From assembly GCF_009914755.1 (NCBI RefSeq), contig NC_060926.1: DNA of 64,000 nucleotides. One strand, given 5' to 3'. Numbering within the stretch: the stretch's first letter is position 1; every line of letters begins with the position of its first letter. The notes under the pieces are model-generated. The model made no database searches, was not told the origin of the DNA, and worked only from the letters and a program-made list of their open reading frames with translations. Position numbers and translations under genes: made by a program. This document shows, in pieces, positions 32,476 through 54,290 of this stretch. The stretch is from the human T2T-CHM13v2.0 reference genome, Homo sapiens.

Positions 32476-35346
32476 CTGTAGAAACATACCACAGTAGTAG
32501 AAGGAAGAAAGTAATGAATTCCAGCGGAAAGCGGGAGACGTACTTTATTTCTGTTTGGCTAATCTCTTCTTAATGATTACAAAATGGACATTAATCAGGA
32601 GCTGAGGTTTAGCCATCTTTGTATCTTTCCTGTTCAGGATATGATAGATCCTAAATAAATGCTTGCTTAAAGAGCAAAAAACCATATAATAATATTTTAC
32701 AGATGTAAAATAAAGTTTTATAACAAACTATGTTGTCCTCAGGATGGAGAAAACAGAACCACCTTCTATAAAGTGTAACGACACCTATCTCCCAGAACTA
32801 TTGTGAGCATTCAATGAGATAATTTATGTAACACCAAAGATGTTTGCTTGTATTTGTAATTTTGGTCATCTCCTGTCTCATTTCATGAACTAATTTCCAG
32901 AATAACCCTTAAGACAGAAAGTTCCAACTTATAGAATACGCGCTTGCTCACAATATAAGATGTTAAGCAAAATTATGTAAAAAACTAGTGTGAACTATTC
33001 TAACATTGCCTGTTCTTTAAGGTGTGTTCATTCATTCCTTTTTTCCATTTAACGAACTTTTATTAAGGATATGCCAAGCCCAGCACTTAGTGCTGAAAAC
33101 AGGGAAATAAACAAGATGCAGCTGAGGCCCTAGTAGAGCTGATAAGAAAATAAAGAATGCAGTGAGATAAGCACTGTGATAGAAGCAAGTGGTGATGTGG
33201 GAGCAGAGAGGCGTGTCCTTCCGGGAGGACGCAATGCTTGCCCCGGTATTCATTTCTATCCATTTATCTGTCAGAGCCATTTATTCACTCAATCTGCTTG
33301 TGCCTGGAGGAGCAATGGCTGTATGAGCTCCACTAATTAAAGGCTGGGGAAGGAGTATCGCAGGGAGGATAAGGTTAAGGTGTGAATCAGACATCCCTTT
33401 TCTGCCACTACCTGGGTGACCTTGGGAAAGTTGCTTAATAGCTATCATCATTATCTAAATTAGTAGATTTTTATTATTTTAAAGGACTTTGGATATATTT
33501 GTGTAATACATAGGAACTACCATAGTGAAAGCATTTTTGTTGTTCAATTTTTATACCTGTGCCATTTAATGAAACAAGTGCATTAAAAAAAAAAACACAG
33601 TAAAAAATTCCAAAATGAAAAGTTTTGTTTACAATCAGGCAAATGATAATAGTGTTTACTATCATTGTTATCCAATATTATGTTTTGTGCTACCATAAAA
33701 ATGTAGCTAGCTTTGGTTTTCTTAATGTTTCTCAAAGGAGACAACTTGATTGCATGTTTTCTAATACTATACAATTGCATGGAACACTTGTCTAAAAATG
33801 AAGTTTCCCTGGAATAGTCCATTGTTTTTTAAGTTTTCAAAGAGGCTATCACCAGACTATGTAGCAAAAAATGAGAGACTTGGAATTATTGAGCTGGAAG
33901 GAACTTAGAGGTCACCTAACCCAAGCCTTTCGTTTTAGAGACGAAGAAACTGATAGCAATGAGTTTGCATGACATGCTCAAGGTCGTTCTCCTATTTGAA
34001 AGGAAGATGGATGTCTTTCATAATATTTTTGTAGTTATCCTTGAGTGCAAACACCTAGCTGACATGTTAGAGTGAGAAAAACATACAGCATACATTCCTA
34101 AAAACTAAACTGTCAGTGAAAAGGATGTTCTGGTACAAAAGCTAAATGTATTTAGTTCTTTGCTGTGGAAGTTAGAAAACTGAGTGTATTCACATGAACC
34201 ATATTTAAGAACAACTGTACTTTTGCAGTTGTCAAGAATTAATAAACCCAGAATGTTTTCAAACAAATGTAATGTGCTTCAAAGTCTGTTCATCAGCTGA
34301 CTTCTTTTTCAAACCAAGAAACAAAGATATAACAAGCACATGTAAGAAATACCTGCCTTTTAAGATATTGTTAAGAGCTAATGGCCACCGTCCTAATTGT
34401 TGGTCCTAAATTGGAAAAAAGATTACAGAATATTGATTCTGAAATCCACTAGAAACATACAGATGTTCTCTTTGTTCTGCCTCTTGAATACTGTGAGTTG
34501 CTGACGTTGCTGTGGATAAGGCCTCTCAAGCTACCCAGTAGGCCAGGGAAGAGGATGCATTGTCACAGGTAAAGACAAAACACTTGCTCTTAGCAAGTGC
34601 ATTTTTCACATAATGAGGGTAAATTAACGCTATCAGAAAATATTACCATAGAGAGAAATTAAAAGACAACATTTCAACATAGCCACGAATATATTTTCTT
34701 TATAGAAGAGGTGAAAATGACATTCATAACCAGTCAGAAAAATGATCATTAATTTGTTGTTGTTAGTGTCAAAACCATTATTAAAACAAAAACTTAAAAT
34801 CAGGCCCAGCTTAACTGATTTCAATAAAGAAAAATTATTTTCTCCAGAAAAGCCTTACTTTCCTGTTTGGTCTCCTTATTTTATTTTATTTTATTTTATT
34901 TTATTTGTTAAATTTCCGTGGGTACATAATAGGAGCATATATCAATGAGGTCCTTGTTCTATTTCAATGGATGTGCATATCTGTCTGGATTGCGAGCATG
35001 GAGGTTCAAAATATTTTGATGCCATCTTCACATTTTGATGATTTCCTAAATTGTGAAGCTCAACACAGACTTTAAAAAAAAAAAACAGCTGTATTTCCGG
35101 CTTCCTGCGCTGCTAGATTCAGAAAGCTTACTTCAGAGACTGATGCATGTGAGTTACATGAAAAAAGATAAGGTGCAGGCATGCTGTGTGCTGATGTGGG
35201 TACCAGCAGAGGGAGGGGGTTCTTACATTGATAGTGGGAGCGGCTCTCTGGTTATGGCAGACGTGGCATGATTTGAGGGTCAGTAGCAGCCAGTTTTGAA
35301 ATGCAGTTATGGGAATCCTTCCTGACAATCCAACCTGGGGCCTTCC

Positions 35347-35746
35347 TGTTATGGACTGGATGTTCTGAATGTTTGTGTCCCCCACCGCACATTAATATGT
35401 TGAAGCCCTAACCCCCAAGTGTGGCTTATTTGGAGATGGGGCCTCTAAGGAAGAAACGAAGGTTACATGAGGTGTCAAGGGTGGGGCCCCGATCCAGCTG
35501 GATTTGTGTCCTTCTAAGAAGAGAGCTCACTCACTTGTGCTCTGCCTCTGTGTGCACAGAGGAAAGACCACGTGGGGACAGACCAGCCATCTGCAACCAG
35601 GAAGAGAGCCCTCACCAGAAACCCATCCCTGCTAGAATCTTGATCTTGGACTTCCCATTCTTAAGAACTGTGAGAAAATAAATGTCTGCTATTTAAGCCC
35701 CCCAGTCTATGGTATTTTGTTTTGGCAGCATGAGTGGACTAAGAAA
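35347..35746 (+). mobile_element. MaLR solo LTR (MLT1A/MST-type)
   Basis: tgttatggactg...gaactgtgagaaaataaatg...ccagtctatggtattttgtt...gactaaga. Confidence 0.85.
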
Positions 35747-35994
35747 GTTCCTCTCCTCTGGTTTTTCAATGGTATATGAACTTCCTAATATCTTTCAAAA
35801 TTCCCTTCCTTTTTAACCCAACCAAGAGTAGGTTCTTGTATACCTGCAACTACAAATCCTGATGAATTTATACTGAATTAAAATATTTTTAAGCCCATTA
35901 GTTTTAGGGAATAGGCTCTCTTGTTCACTCATGAAAACAGTAAATTTGTAGGCTCAATTTCTAGTCTATAAGATTTGTGTCTGTTATGTTCTGA

Positions 35995-36317
<323 letters not shown>

Positions 36318-36699
36318 TAAAGAGATTTAAACCGATATTTAAAATGAATATAATGGACAATAATATCTAAAACACTTTTATTTCAGAATTTCTGATTAGA
36401 AAGAGTAGCTAGCTCAACTGAAGTCTCTATCAACTGTGAGATGCAATTTTATCAGGAAGAGAATTGCTTCTTCCAAATGTGTAACTCAAGTTGTTAAAAG
36501 CTTAAAACTGAAATAACTTAGTGGAGATGCCTCATAAGTATTATGGCTCCCATATGAAAACTGAAAATATTGCAAATCAAGTTTAAAAGAATGACTAACA
36601 TCCCAAATGGTGAGTTATCTCCATATGGAGCAGAATAAATGAAATATTTAACCTCCTGGAAGGTGCTTGGGACACCATTAGGCTTCTAAGAGCTTGGCT

Positions 36700-37400
36700 T
36701 TGAAGTCTATGAAAGTCGAAGGAGGACTGCAAGGACCGTTCTGAAGGGTTTCGGGGTTTATTTTCTTTCTGTTAGCTCTTTCAGGCTTAATGGTTTTCAT
36801 AATTTTAATGGTTACTAAATTACTCTCGGCCCTCAGCCTGGGGAGGGAAGATTCCCAGTGGGCGTGAGAAAGGCAGGCGGCTGCCCAGGAGAGGGCAGCA
36901 TCGCACCACCTCCCGGAGGAGACGCTACTCGGGAGAGCTGCAGCCTTCTGAGAGGTGCGAAGGGATGAGAAACACGGGCATCAAAGAGGGCGGCTTCCCT
37001 GGAGTGCTAGAAATAGAAGCCAGAAGATTGCCCGGGAGAAATTGCAGCAGTTCAAATAAACATTTACTTTAAGAAGGTTATGGATGAATAGATGACAGAC
37101 AAATGGGATAGCCGTGGCAACTATGCTCTGAGGCGAGAATCTGCAAATACCTTGTGGTCTGTTAAGTGCAAGGGCACTTACGGTGTGACAGGATAACATG
37201 TTTGAAATGGGTGGTGTTCTGGAAGATTCCAGACTTATGGCCTTGTAAATAAAAGACCGAGACTTGGGGACTTTCAGGTCTCGTACACTCCCCCACCTTC
37301 CCCTCAGGGACAACGGCTCATGGAGACACGTGTGGTTCCGGAAGGGAACCGATCACTGAAGCCGCTGGAAGATTCTGAGAGGAAGAAATTGGGGAAAGGA
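36700..37400. promoter_or_regulatory. CpG-enriched unique intronic segment; candidate enhancer or internal promoter
   Basis: About 24 CpGs in about 700 bp by manual count; forkhead-like AAATAAACA 37054-37062, RFX-like GTTGCCACGGCTATC (minus strand) 37107-37121, E-box CACGTG 37327-37332. Confidence 0.5.
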
Positions 37401-37599
37401 TGTTATCAGACAAAAAGAAATGGACAGGGAATGGGTCGGCTGAGCTGGAGTGAGGTGGAATAAAAGAGCCAGAGAGCATTTGCCTATTCTGGCCAGTCAA
37501 GCTGCCTAGACCCACTGATTCAGATATGGACCAAAAGGTAGTATTGTGAGTGGTTTTTCTTCTCCTTTGGGCTTTTTCTGTGTTTTCAAACTTATTTAT

Positions 37600-37805
37600 T
37601 ATAATTTTTTTAACTTTTATTGCAAGAGTTAAGCTCAGGGGTACAAGTGCAGGTTTGTTCCATAGGTAAACATGTATCATGGGGTTTGTTGTACAAATTA
37701 TTTTATCACCCAGGTATTAAGCCTAGTACCCATTAATTATTTTTCCTGATCCTCTCCCTCCTCCACTCCCTCTACCCTCTGATAGGCTCCAGTGTATGTT
37801 GTTCA
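37600..37805 (-). mobile_element. L1PA/PB-type 3' end fragment
   Basis: ggggtacaagtgcaggtttgttccataggtaaac...cacccaggtattaagcctagtaccca. Confidence 0.8.
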
Positions 37806-37894
37806 AACTTCTACAATAAGCCCTTCTGAAATTGGAGAGAAGCCCATATGATAATGTTATCTTTGTAAACACATCAAGGAGTAAAGCCCAGTAC

Positions 37895-37991
37895 CTTCTG
37901 TCCTGGGTTGCCAGTCCTGTCTACCACCACTGGGATCTTCTTCTTCATTAACCAGTGTGGAATGACTGCAGTCACCATCTTGGTCGAACTC
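37895..37991 (-). CDS. MAP3K19: MAP3K19 coding exon, 97 nt
   Basis: TTGCAG|GAG...AAG|GTACTG; EFDQDGDCSHSTLVNEEEDPSGGRQDWQPRTE. Confidence 0.95.
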
Positions 37992-38962
37992 CTGCAATAT
38001 CATAAAATTCAAAACTCAGTTATTAGTTATTCGATGTACCAGTTTGTTGGCAGAGTGAATGTTGATTTTTCTGGGCTAAAGATTTACACCATGGATTCCT
38101 TTTAAATTGGATAAAGTATTTAGGACTAAAATAATAAGAAAGTATCTGCCCTTGGAGCACTAGGCTCAGACAGTCATGGTTGTGATTAATTGCATAATCA
38201 AAAATGAGGAGCAAAGCTGAAATCACATCGACACATAGAAACTCAGTATTTTATACTTTATCATCTCAGTGCCCAGGCTGCTAAGCTGCCCCAAATTCCA
38301 TCTGGGTAGGTAACTGGAAAGAATCCTTTGGCCACAGTCACAGTGAACAACCCCAAAGGAGCATGATCTTTTCCATAATGCCTCCCTGGGGCATCATTTA
38401 CATATGGCAAGAATGGAAATCCCTGCCCCTGTGGAAGCTACAGATATAACCCTAGACTGAAAGGAGGCAGCAAAGCTGATTAAAGTCTTCCCTATGACGG
38501 CGTTCTGATCTAAATCATGGTGCATAACCTCTTAAACTTCCTTTTCACTCTCTAGAAAATAATCATTATAGTTGAAAACCAACTTGATTTACAAAAAGTA
38601 CTCCAAACATTTTAAAGAAGAAATGTTTTCTTAGTAGAATTCATTGTTTTTGATAGTTTCCTTCATTCGAAGTTATAGCTGATGATTTTGTGCCTTTAAA
38701 TTTCTAGAACCATGATAGATCCAAGTAATAGTTAAAACATCCCATCACAACCCGAATGTTACAACTATCTGTCTGGTTTCTATGATCTAGGTGGACTACC
38801 TATTTAAGGGGACTGATGGACAATAAGTCTTTGCCCTAAGTGCTCAAGCCTGTCATCTGAAATGTCAGAGAAGTGGCGAGTCACAAAAATTCTCTGATAG
38901 CTCATTTATTAATTCCCAAGAGAGCTAGGAAATTTCTTGCTTTTCTCTCCTTGTTCATTTTA

Positions 38963-39635
<673 letters not shown>

Positions 39636-39744
39636 CCAGAAGTAAAACCCTCCATTTATACAGTCATTAAAAATATTTTAGGTATTCAATCATAATAACT
39701 TAGTTGTCATACCTTACTTTTATTCAGCAGTTTATACTTAAACA

Positions 39745-40095
39745 TTGTTTTTTAATTTTTATGGGTACATAGGTATATATATTTATGGGATACAGGAGAT
39801 ATTTTGATATAGGCATGCAATGCATAATAATGACATCAGGGTAAATGGAGTATTCATCACATCAAGCATTTATCCTTTGTGTTACAAATGATTCAATTAT
39901 ACTTTTAGTTATTTTTAAACGTACAATTAAATTATTACTATAGTCACCCTGTTGTGCTATCAGTACTAGTTCTTACTCTTTCTTTTCCTTTTTTTTTCTT
40001 TTTGTTCTCTCATTGGGTTGATTATTCATTCTTTCTAGCTATTTTTTTTTGTACCCATTAACCATCCCCCTTCCTCCCTACTCCCCACTACCCTT
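39745..40095 (-). mobile_element. L1MA-type 3' end fragment
   Basis: Same 3'UTR signature as 4360-4810. Confidence 0.78.
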
Positions 40096-40511
40096 ATTAA
40101 TACTTTCTAAAGCGTTTTCTATCTCCTGGCAAAAGTTGGGTGCCCTACCTCAGACTATCCTGGTTGTCAATGGCGGATGGGTTCACTCAGCTCCTAGGCT
40201 GTTGTCAATTTCACTGCTTAACCTTCTCTGTATTTCAAAAATTCTACCATTATCTGGCAAATTCCTCCTCCTTCCTATCAAATCACAAAGGGGGATTTAT
40301 TCTTCCTAGAACATACAAAAATACAAAAAAGTATTTTTTAAAGCAAAATTTAAAAAATCACCTATAACCTGACAACCAAAGAGCAAACACTGTTAACACA
40401 GGAATCATATTTTCTTTGTGTTTCTCTTAAGTATTTAAAAATATAGTTGCATCACATAATTTTTGTATCTGGCTTTTTCACTTAAGTGTAAATTCATAAG
40501 CAATTTACTAA

Positions 40512-40880
<369 letters not shown>

Positions 40881-41249
40881 AATAGTACTTCTTTAATAAG
40901 CCCCGTTAGTCTTACAATGTAACTCCCATGATGCTTAGTAGGTAATTTAAAATTCTTCACTCTTACACATAGTATTATTAAATATTTGCAACTAATACCC
41001 CAATTTTGCATTATTTCTTTAGAGTAGATCCCTAGATATGGAATTATTGACCCAAATACTATGAAAAAGTTGTTTTTTTGTACACACATTGCCTTAAAAG
41101 TAAAGTTTATCCCTATTTATAATCCACCAGCAGTGCATGAATGTGCTATATCATATCTTCTCCCTTATCATCATTCCTTTTCATTTAATTAATTAATTAA
41201 TTATTATTGTTTTCCCTTCTTTTCACAGGTGTTTATATGATTATTGTTA

Positions 41250-41724
<475 letters not shown>

Positions 41725-42216
41725 GACTTTTCATTTTATTATGTTTAATGTAATAGATGGAATTGGTCTTCTTATTATTGTTTGAATGTTCATACTTTGA
41801 TTAATAGAAAAGTTGGAGATAGTTTTAGATGCTTATGGGTCATTTGAATTTTTCTTTTTTAGTATTATATATAGTTTTTGTGTAGATCCTTAGTCTAGAA
41901 CACTCTAAGAGACCTCAAAACACATTTCTACCATTTCATTTAATTACAGTGATTCAGTGAAATTTTTATGCTGAGCTTTGAGAAAACAGCAGCCTTCATT
42001 TGGAAGTGTTAGTCATACAGCAGGTTCTCACATCAAGTTTCCATGTTGATTACTGGGCTGTGGTCAATCTCAGCTACTCAGTTCATTTGTCAGTTGGTCC
42101 TGTAGGAAAAGTTGGAAGCCGGCAGTGTGGTCATACCCACCTACAAAATCCATAATGATGACTAGCATTTACATATATAGTACCAGACACTGTTCTATAT
42201 GCGTTACACATATTAA

Positions 42217-42346
42217 CCCATTTATCTCGGAGGTTGCAAATTTTTTTGTGTGAAAAATCAGACCTTGGCAATGACCTTGAGCAGTGGGATATAAATAACC
42301 CCCACAAGCTCACCGTTCCAATAATGGAACACTAAGCATAAATGGG
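42217..42346 (-). mobile_element. MER85 (piggyBac PGBD3-derived MITE) inserted in a MIR
   Basis: TTAA TSDs 42213-42216 and 42347-42350, cccatttat...ataaatggg TIRs, internal palindrome GTTCCAATAATGGAAC 42315-42330. Confidence 0.92.
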
Positions 42347-43079
42347 TTAACTAATTTAATCCTCACAACTCTAAAGTTAGGATCTATTATCTTCATTTTG
42401 TACCTGAGGCCCAGAAAAGTTAAGTAGCTTACACGAGGTCACACAGCTAGCCAGTGGCAGAGCCAGAATTTACACCCAGACTGTGAAATCTGGGTCCAGA
42501 GGTTGTGACCACTCAGTGATCTTGTTAGCATGAAAAGTTTGAAACAATGAATTTCAACAAGAACCAGAAAAAAAAAAAGAATTAATGAGCAAAATAAAGG
42601 GAAAGGATACTCAAACCTAATTGATAAGTTTTGCATAGAAAAAATAATAATAAAAGATGTGTGATCCCTATAAGTACCTGACAAAAATTTAAACCCTGGA
42701 ACAAACTGAAAAACCATAAGTATCACAATCAAAAAGGATGTAGGGAGTAAGATCTACTTTGAAGGTGATGACGGAAGTGAAGACTCAAACAGAAACAGCT
42801 CAGAATTTTCTAACTTATTTTATAAATCTAACCAGCAATGACTTTAAGATGTGCTTGGGTGCCACAAGGAGGAGAATTGAAATAGTGTCATCTAGGAGTG
42901 AGTAAAAGAGAGAAAACATCAGAATAGCAAGTCCCAAACATAGATGGATTTCATAAACCATTGACAACACCACGGGAGCTGATAGATGGATAAGAAATAG
43001 AGCATCGCATTCTAGCCTGCAGACAACAGCATACCAAACATACAGAATGTAAAGGCACGATGGAAATCAGACGTGATTA

Positions 43080-43390
43080 AAGTTTTTTTATTTTTATATT
43101 TTAGAGACATGGGAGCTCACTCTGTCGCCGAGGCTGGAATGCAGCAGCACAATTATAGTTCACTGCAGCCTCAAACTCCTGTGTTCAAGTGGTTCTCCCA
43201 CCTCAGCCTCCAGGAAGTAACTGGAACTACAGAGGCACGCCCCCATAACCAGCTAATTTTTTAATTTTTTTGTAGAGACAAAGTCTTATTATGTTGCCCA
43301 GGGGTGTCTCGAATGCCTGGACTCAAGGGATCTTCCCACTTCAGCCTCCCCAAGTGCCGAGATCACAGACATGAGCCACCATATCCAGCC
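43080..43390 (-). mobile_element. AluJ
   Basis: Diverged dimer. Confidence 0.88.
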
Positions 43391-43716
43391 TATGATAAAA
43401 TTTTGAAAGAAGATTCTCCTCAGGTGAAAAAAGATGACTGGGCGAGTCTATAACGAGCCTCTCTGGAGCTGTCCTACATGCAAGGCAGCTGCTTATATTT
43501 GTAAACTATAAAAACCTATTTCAGACAACCAAAAAGAAAACAAAGCTTTCATTTAAAGAAAAGAGTGAAAGGGATTTAAACCCCAGTTAAACCACTAGGG
43601 AAGGAAAGGCAAATATAATACTGAAAAAGTCCATTTCTCCCTCAAAAAGGAGTTTAAACTTTATTTCGGCTACAATAAGAAAAAACACCTAATGAAAGGT
43701 TTTTAAAAAAAGTTTT

Positions 43717-44028
<312 letters not shown>

Positions 44029-44044
44029 TCAAAAAATGTACTGA

Positions 44045-44365
44045 TCAGGCACGGTGGCTCACACCTGTAATTCCTGCACTTTAGGAGACAGAAGTGGGAG
44101 AATCTCTTGAGACTAAGAGTTTGATGTTGTTTGTTTGTTTGTTTGTTTGTTTGTTTTTTAGAAACAGACTCTCCCTCTGTCATCCTGGCTGGAGTGCAGT
44201 GGTGTGATCATAGCTCACTGTAACTTTGAACTCCTGGGCTTGAATGATCCTGTTGCCTCAGCCTCCCAAGTAGTTGGTTCTACAGGTGCATGCCACCACA
44301 CCTGGCTGAGGCCAGGAGTTTGAGACCAGCCTGGGCAACATAGTGAGACCCCATCTCTACAAAAA
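44045..44365. mobile_element. Sense FLAM interrupted by an antisense Alu right arm (about 44123-44306)
   Basis: Duplicated target tgagactaagagtttga / tgaggccaggagtttga. Confidence 0.78.
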
Positions 44366-44589
44366 TGTTTTTAAACATTTATTTCAATGTATTAATATGA
44401 AGTGATATAGTTAGTCCTTTTAAAAAGAAAATTGCTTAAATAGACCATAAAAATAAAAAGTATGTTTTTGTTTATCAATATCTTATGCATGACACTCACC
44501 TTAAAGATTTGTCTCTAGGTATTTTATTTTGATTACTATATAATATTAGTAACCAAACACAGTGCAACCTTCAATATTGTGACAACATG

Positions 44590-44830
44590 TAGCAAATTTC
44601 TCAGTCTCTGCACTGTTGACATTCAAGACCAGATAATTCTTGGCTGTGGGGGCTGTCGTGTGTCTGATAGGATGTTTAGGAGCGTCCCTGGCTTGTACCC
44701 ACAAGATGCCAGTTGCATTCTCCCCTAGTGATGATACCAGAAATGTCTGCAAACATTGTCAAATGACCCCCTAGGGTGGGAGGGGTGGGAGGTGGGCGCT
44801 GGGAATCACTCCCTTGTTGGGAACCAGGGT
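44590..44830 (+). mobile_element. MER20 (hAT-Charlie)
   Basis: gcactgttgacatt...ataattctt...tacccacaagatgccag...acattgtcaaatg. Confidence 0.85.
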
Positions 44831-44989
44831 ACTAAATTCCACTTTGGTAGGAAGCAGACTAAACTACTTAGAAAATTTATAAATGCGCAAAGCTAAAATA
44901 TTCAAATAGGATTTAAAAAGGAATGTTTCCATGGTAGCTCATCCCATCCCATGTCCCAGAGAAGTCTTGATTTAACCGTTTATTTTTAA

Positions 44990-50270
<5,281 letters not shown>

Positions 50271-50469
50271 TATATTGTGACTTGGGTTTAGCAATGTATC
50301 CTACCATGTTTCACTAAATCTAAGATGTCCTTGATTAAAAGCTACACTGTTGTTTTATGTACCACTAAAAATGACAAAACGGTACCAATTTGACAGTGAC
50401 AATTTTAAGATGTCTGACTTCAAAGAGGTTAAAATGCAAAGTACACATCTTAGAATTGATAGTAGTTTA

Positions 50470-50732
50470 GGCCGGGTACGGTGGCTCATGCCTGTAATCC
50501 CAGCACTCTGGGAGGCCGAGGCAGGCAGATCACCTCAGGTCGAGAGTTCAAGACCAGCCTGACCAACATAGAGAAACCCCGTCTCTACTAAAAATACAAA
50601 ATTAGCCGGGCATGGTGGCCCATGCCTGTAATCCCAGCTACTCCAGAGGCTGAGTTAGGACAATCACTTGAACCCGGGCAGCGGAGGTTGTGGTGAGCCG
50701 AGATCGAGCCATTCCACTCCAGCAGCCTTGGC

Positions 50733-50764
<32 letters not shown>

Positions 50765-51100
50765 GAATTGATAGTAGTTTAATTGAAGAAAGAAGCTCAA
50801 CATATATATTTTTTTAAGGGATTGGGCCTCTTGTTGGCCAGGCTGGAGCATAGTGGCATGGTCTTGGCTCACTGAGGCCTCAATTTCCTGGGCTCAAGCA
50901 ATTATCCTGCCTCAGCCTCCTGAGTAGCTAGGACTACAGGTATACACCACCATGCCCAGCTAATTTTTAAAAGTTCTTGTAGAGACAGCTCTTGCTATGT
51001 TGTTCAAGCTGGTTTCAAACTCTTGCCCCCACAAAGTGATCCTACTGTCTTGGCTTCCCAAAGTGCTGGGAGTACAGGCATAAGCCACTGCACCTGGACC
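50470..51100. mobile_element. AluSp-like (+, 50470-50764) and AluJ (-, 50808-51100), closely spaced inverted pair
   Basis: 18-bp TSD agaattgatagtagttta at 50452 and 50764. Confidence 0.9.
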
Positions 51101-51144
51101 AGATCTTTTTTCTTTTTCTTTTTCTTTCTTTCTTTTTTTACAAA

Positions 51145-52125
<981 letters not shown>

Positions 52126-52471
52126 ATTTTTTGGACTTTTTTTTTTAACCAATAAAATATAGAGTAGTAGGATCTTTATTTGGGATATGTTAATTTTTAT
52201 AAACATTCAAAAGGTACAAATGAGTAAACAGTGCAAATTGCATCTCCAGTTCTCTCTCTGTAGGCAATCACTGTTGCCAGTTTGTTGTACATCTTGGGTC
52301 TCATTCCACGGTTTTCTATGGGCTGCAATGCTTGTTACTAATACTGTTACTGTACTATAGGGGACTTTTTGTAAAGTCATTCATCATAGACAGAATGATA
52401 ACCAGGGCCACGAGGAGGCACCTCCTTTTTGGTACCCTGTGATGGGTTTGATATGATCAGATTAATGATCT

Positions 52472-53443
<972 letters not shown>

Positions 53444-53577
53444 TAGACTTCCTTTTCAATATTAATGTACATAAAAAGGAAGGTACATTTGATTATTTAG
53501 TATGGATTCAGCTGAAACAATATTCTGTGGTACTGGAGACACATAGACACACACACACAGGCACGCTCACCCAGAGT

Positions 53578-53924
53578 AAAGAACTGAATATTTGTGTCCC
53601 ACCAAAATTTATATGTTGAAATCTTAACTACCAATGTGATGGCAAGTAGGAGGTAGGGCCTTTGGGAGGTAGATTATGAAAGTAGAGTCCTCATGATGGG
53701 ATTAGTGCCTCTTATAAAAGGGACCCCAGAGCACTAGCTAGCTCTCTGTCCATCAAGTGAGCATATGAGAGGTTGGCAATCTGCAGTCCAGAAGACAGCC
53801 CTCACCAGACTCAAACCTGCTGGCACCCTGATCTCAGACTTCCAGGACTGTAAGAAATAAATTTCTGTTTATAAGCTACCCAATCTATGGTACTTTGTTA
53901 TAGCAGCCAGAACTGACTAAGACA
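53578..53924 (+). mobile_element. MST-type MaLR LTR followed by (CA)n to about 53970
   Basis: gtcctcatgatgggattagtgcc...ataaatttctgtttataagctaccc...gactaagaca. Confidence 0.82.
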
Positions 53925-53926
53925 CA

Positions 53927-53957
<31 letters not shown>

Positions 53958-54174
53958 GTGTACACACACATCTTATGCATGAGTCTCAGAGTTTACTAGC
54001 TAATTACTGCTCTGAGATTAAACTTTCAGAAGAGTGTCTTACCAAATATGCTTTTTTATGATTACACTTAAAAATAAAATTGTAATATATGAGTGTTATG
54101 AAGTATTCAAGCAACACAAATAAAGTAGTAGATGGAGTAGGCTGTCCGTTGTTTCTTTAAAGGGAGGCTCTTAC

Positions 54175-54290
54175 CTCACTTCTGCTGATGCTTTGCAAGA
54201 TGATGTTTTGATTTTTGGTAACTGTCATCAAATCAGTTGGAGAAGAGTTTGTATCATGACAAATGTCAAGCAATGACTCAGCATGTCTTT
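54175..54290 (-). CDS. MAP3K19: MAP3K19 coding exon, 116 nt
   Basis: TTTGATAG|AA...GAG|GTAAGA; ERHAESLLDICHDTNSSPTDLMTVTKNQNIILQSISRSE. Confidence 0.95.

Noticed and set aside
36653-36801. 40-codon minus-strand mini-ORF (MKTIKPERANRKK...) near the CpG-rich region
   Set aside because: It ends in TAA before a weak GTTAAA donor and has no recognisable homology
42032-42099. Strong acceptor TTTTCCTACAG with a downstream GTGAGA
   Set aside because: 68 nt, frame-breaking, several stops, and no homology recognised
44925-44938. X-box-like GTTTCCATGGTAGC
   Set aside because: Isolated single motif in repeat-rich sequence with no supporting context
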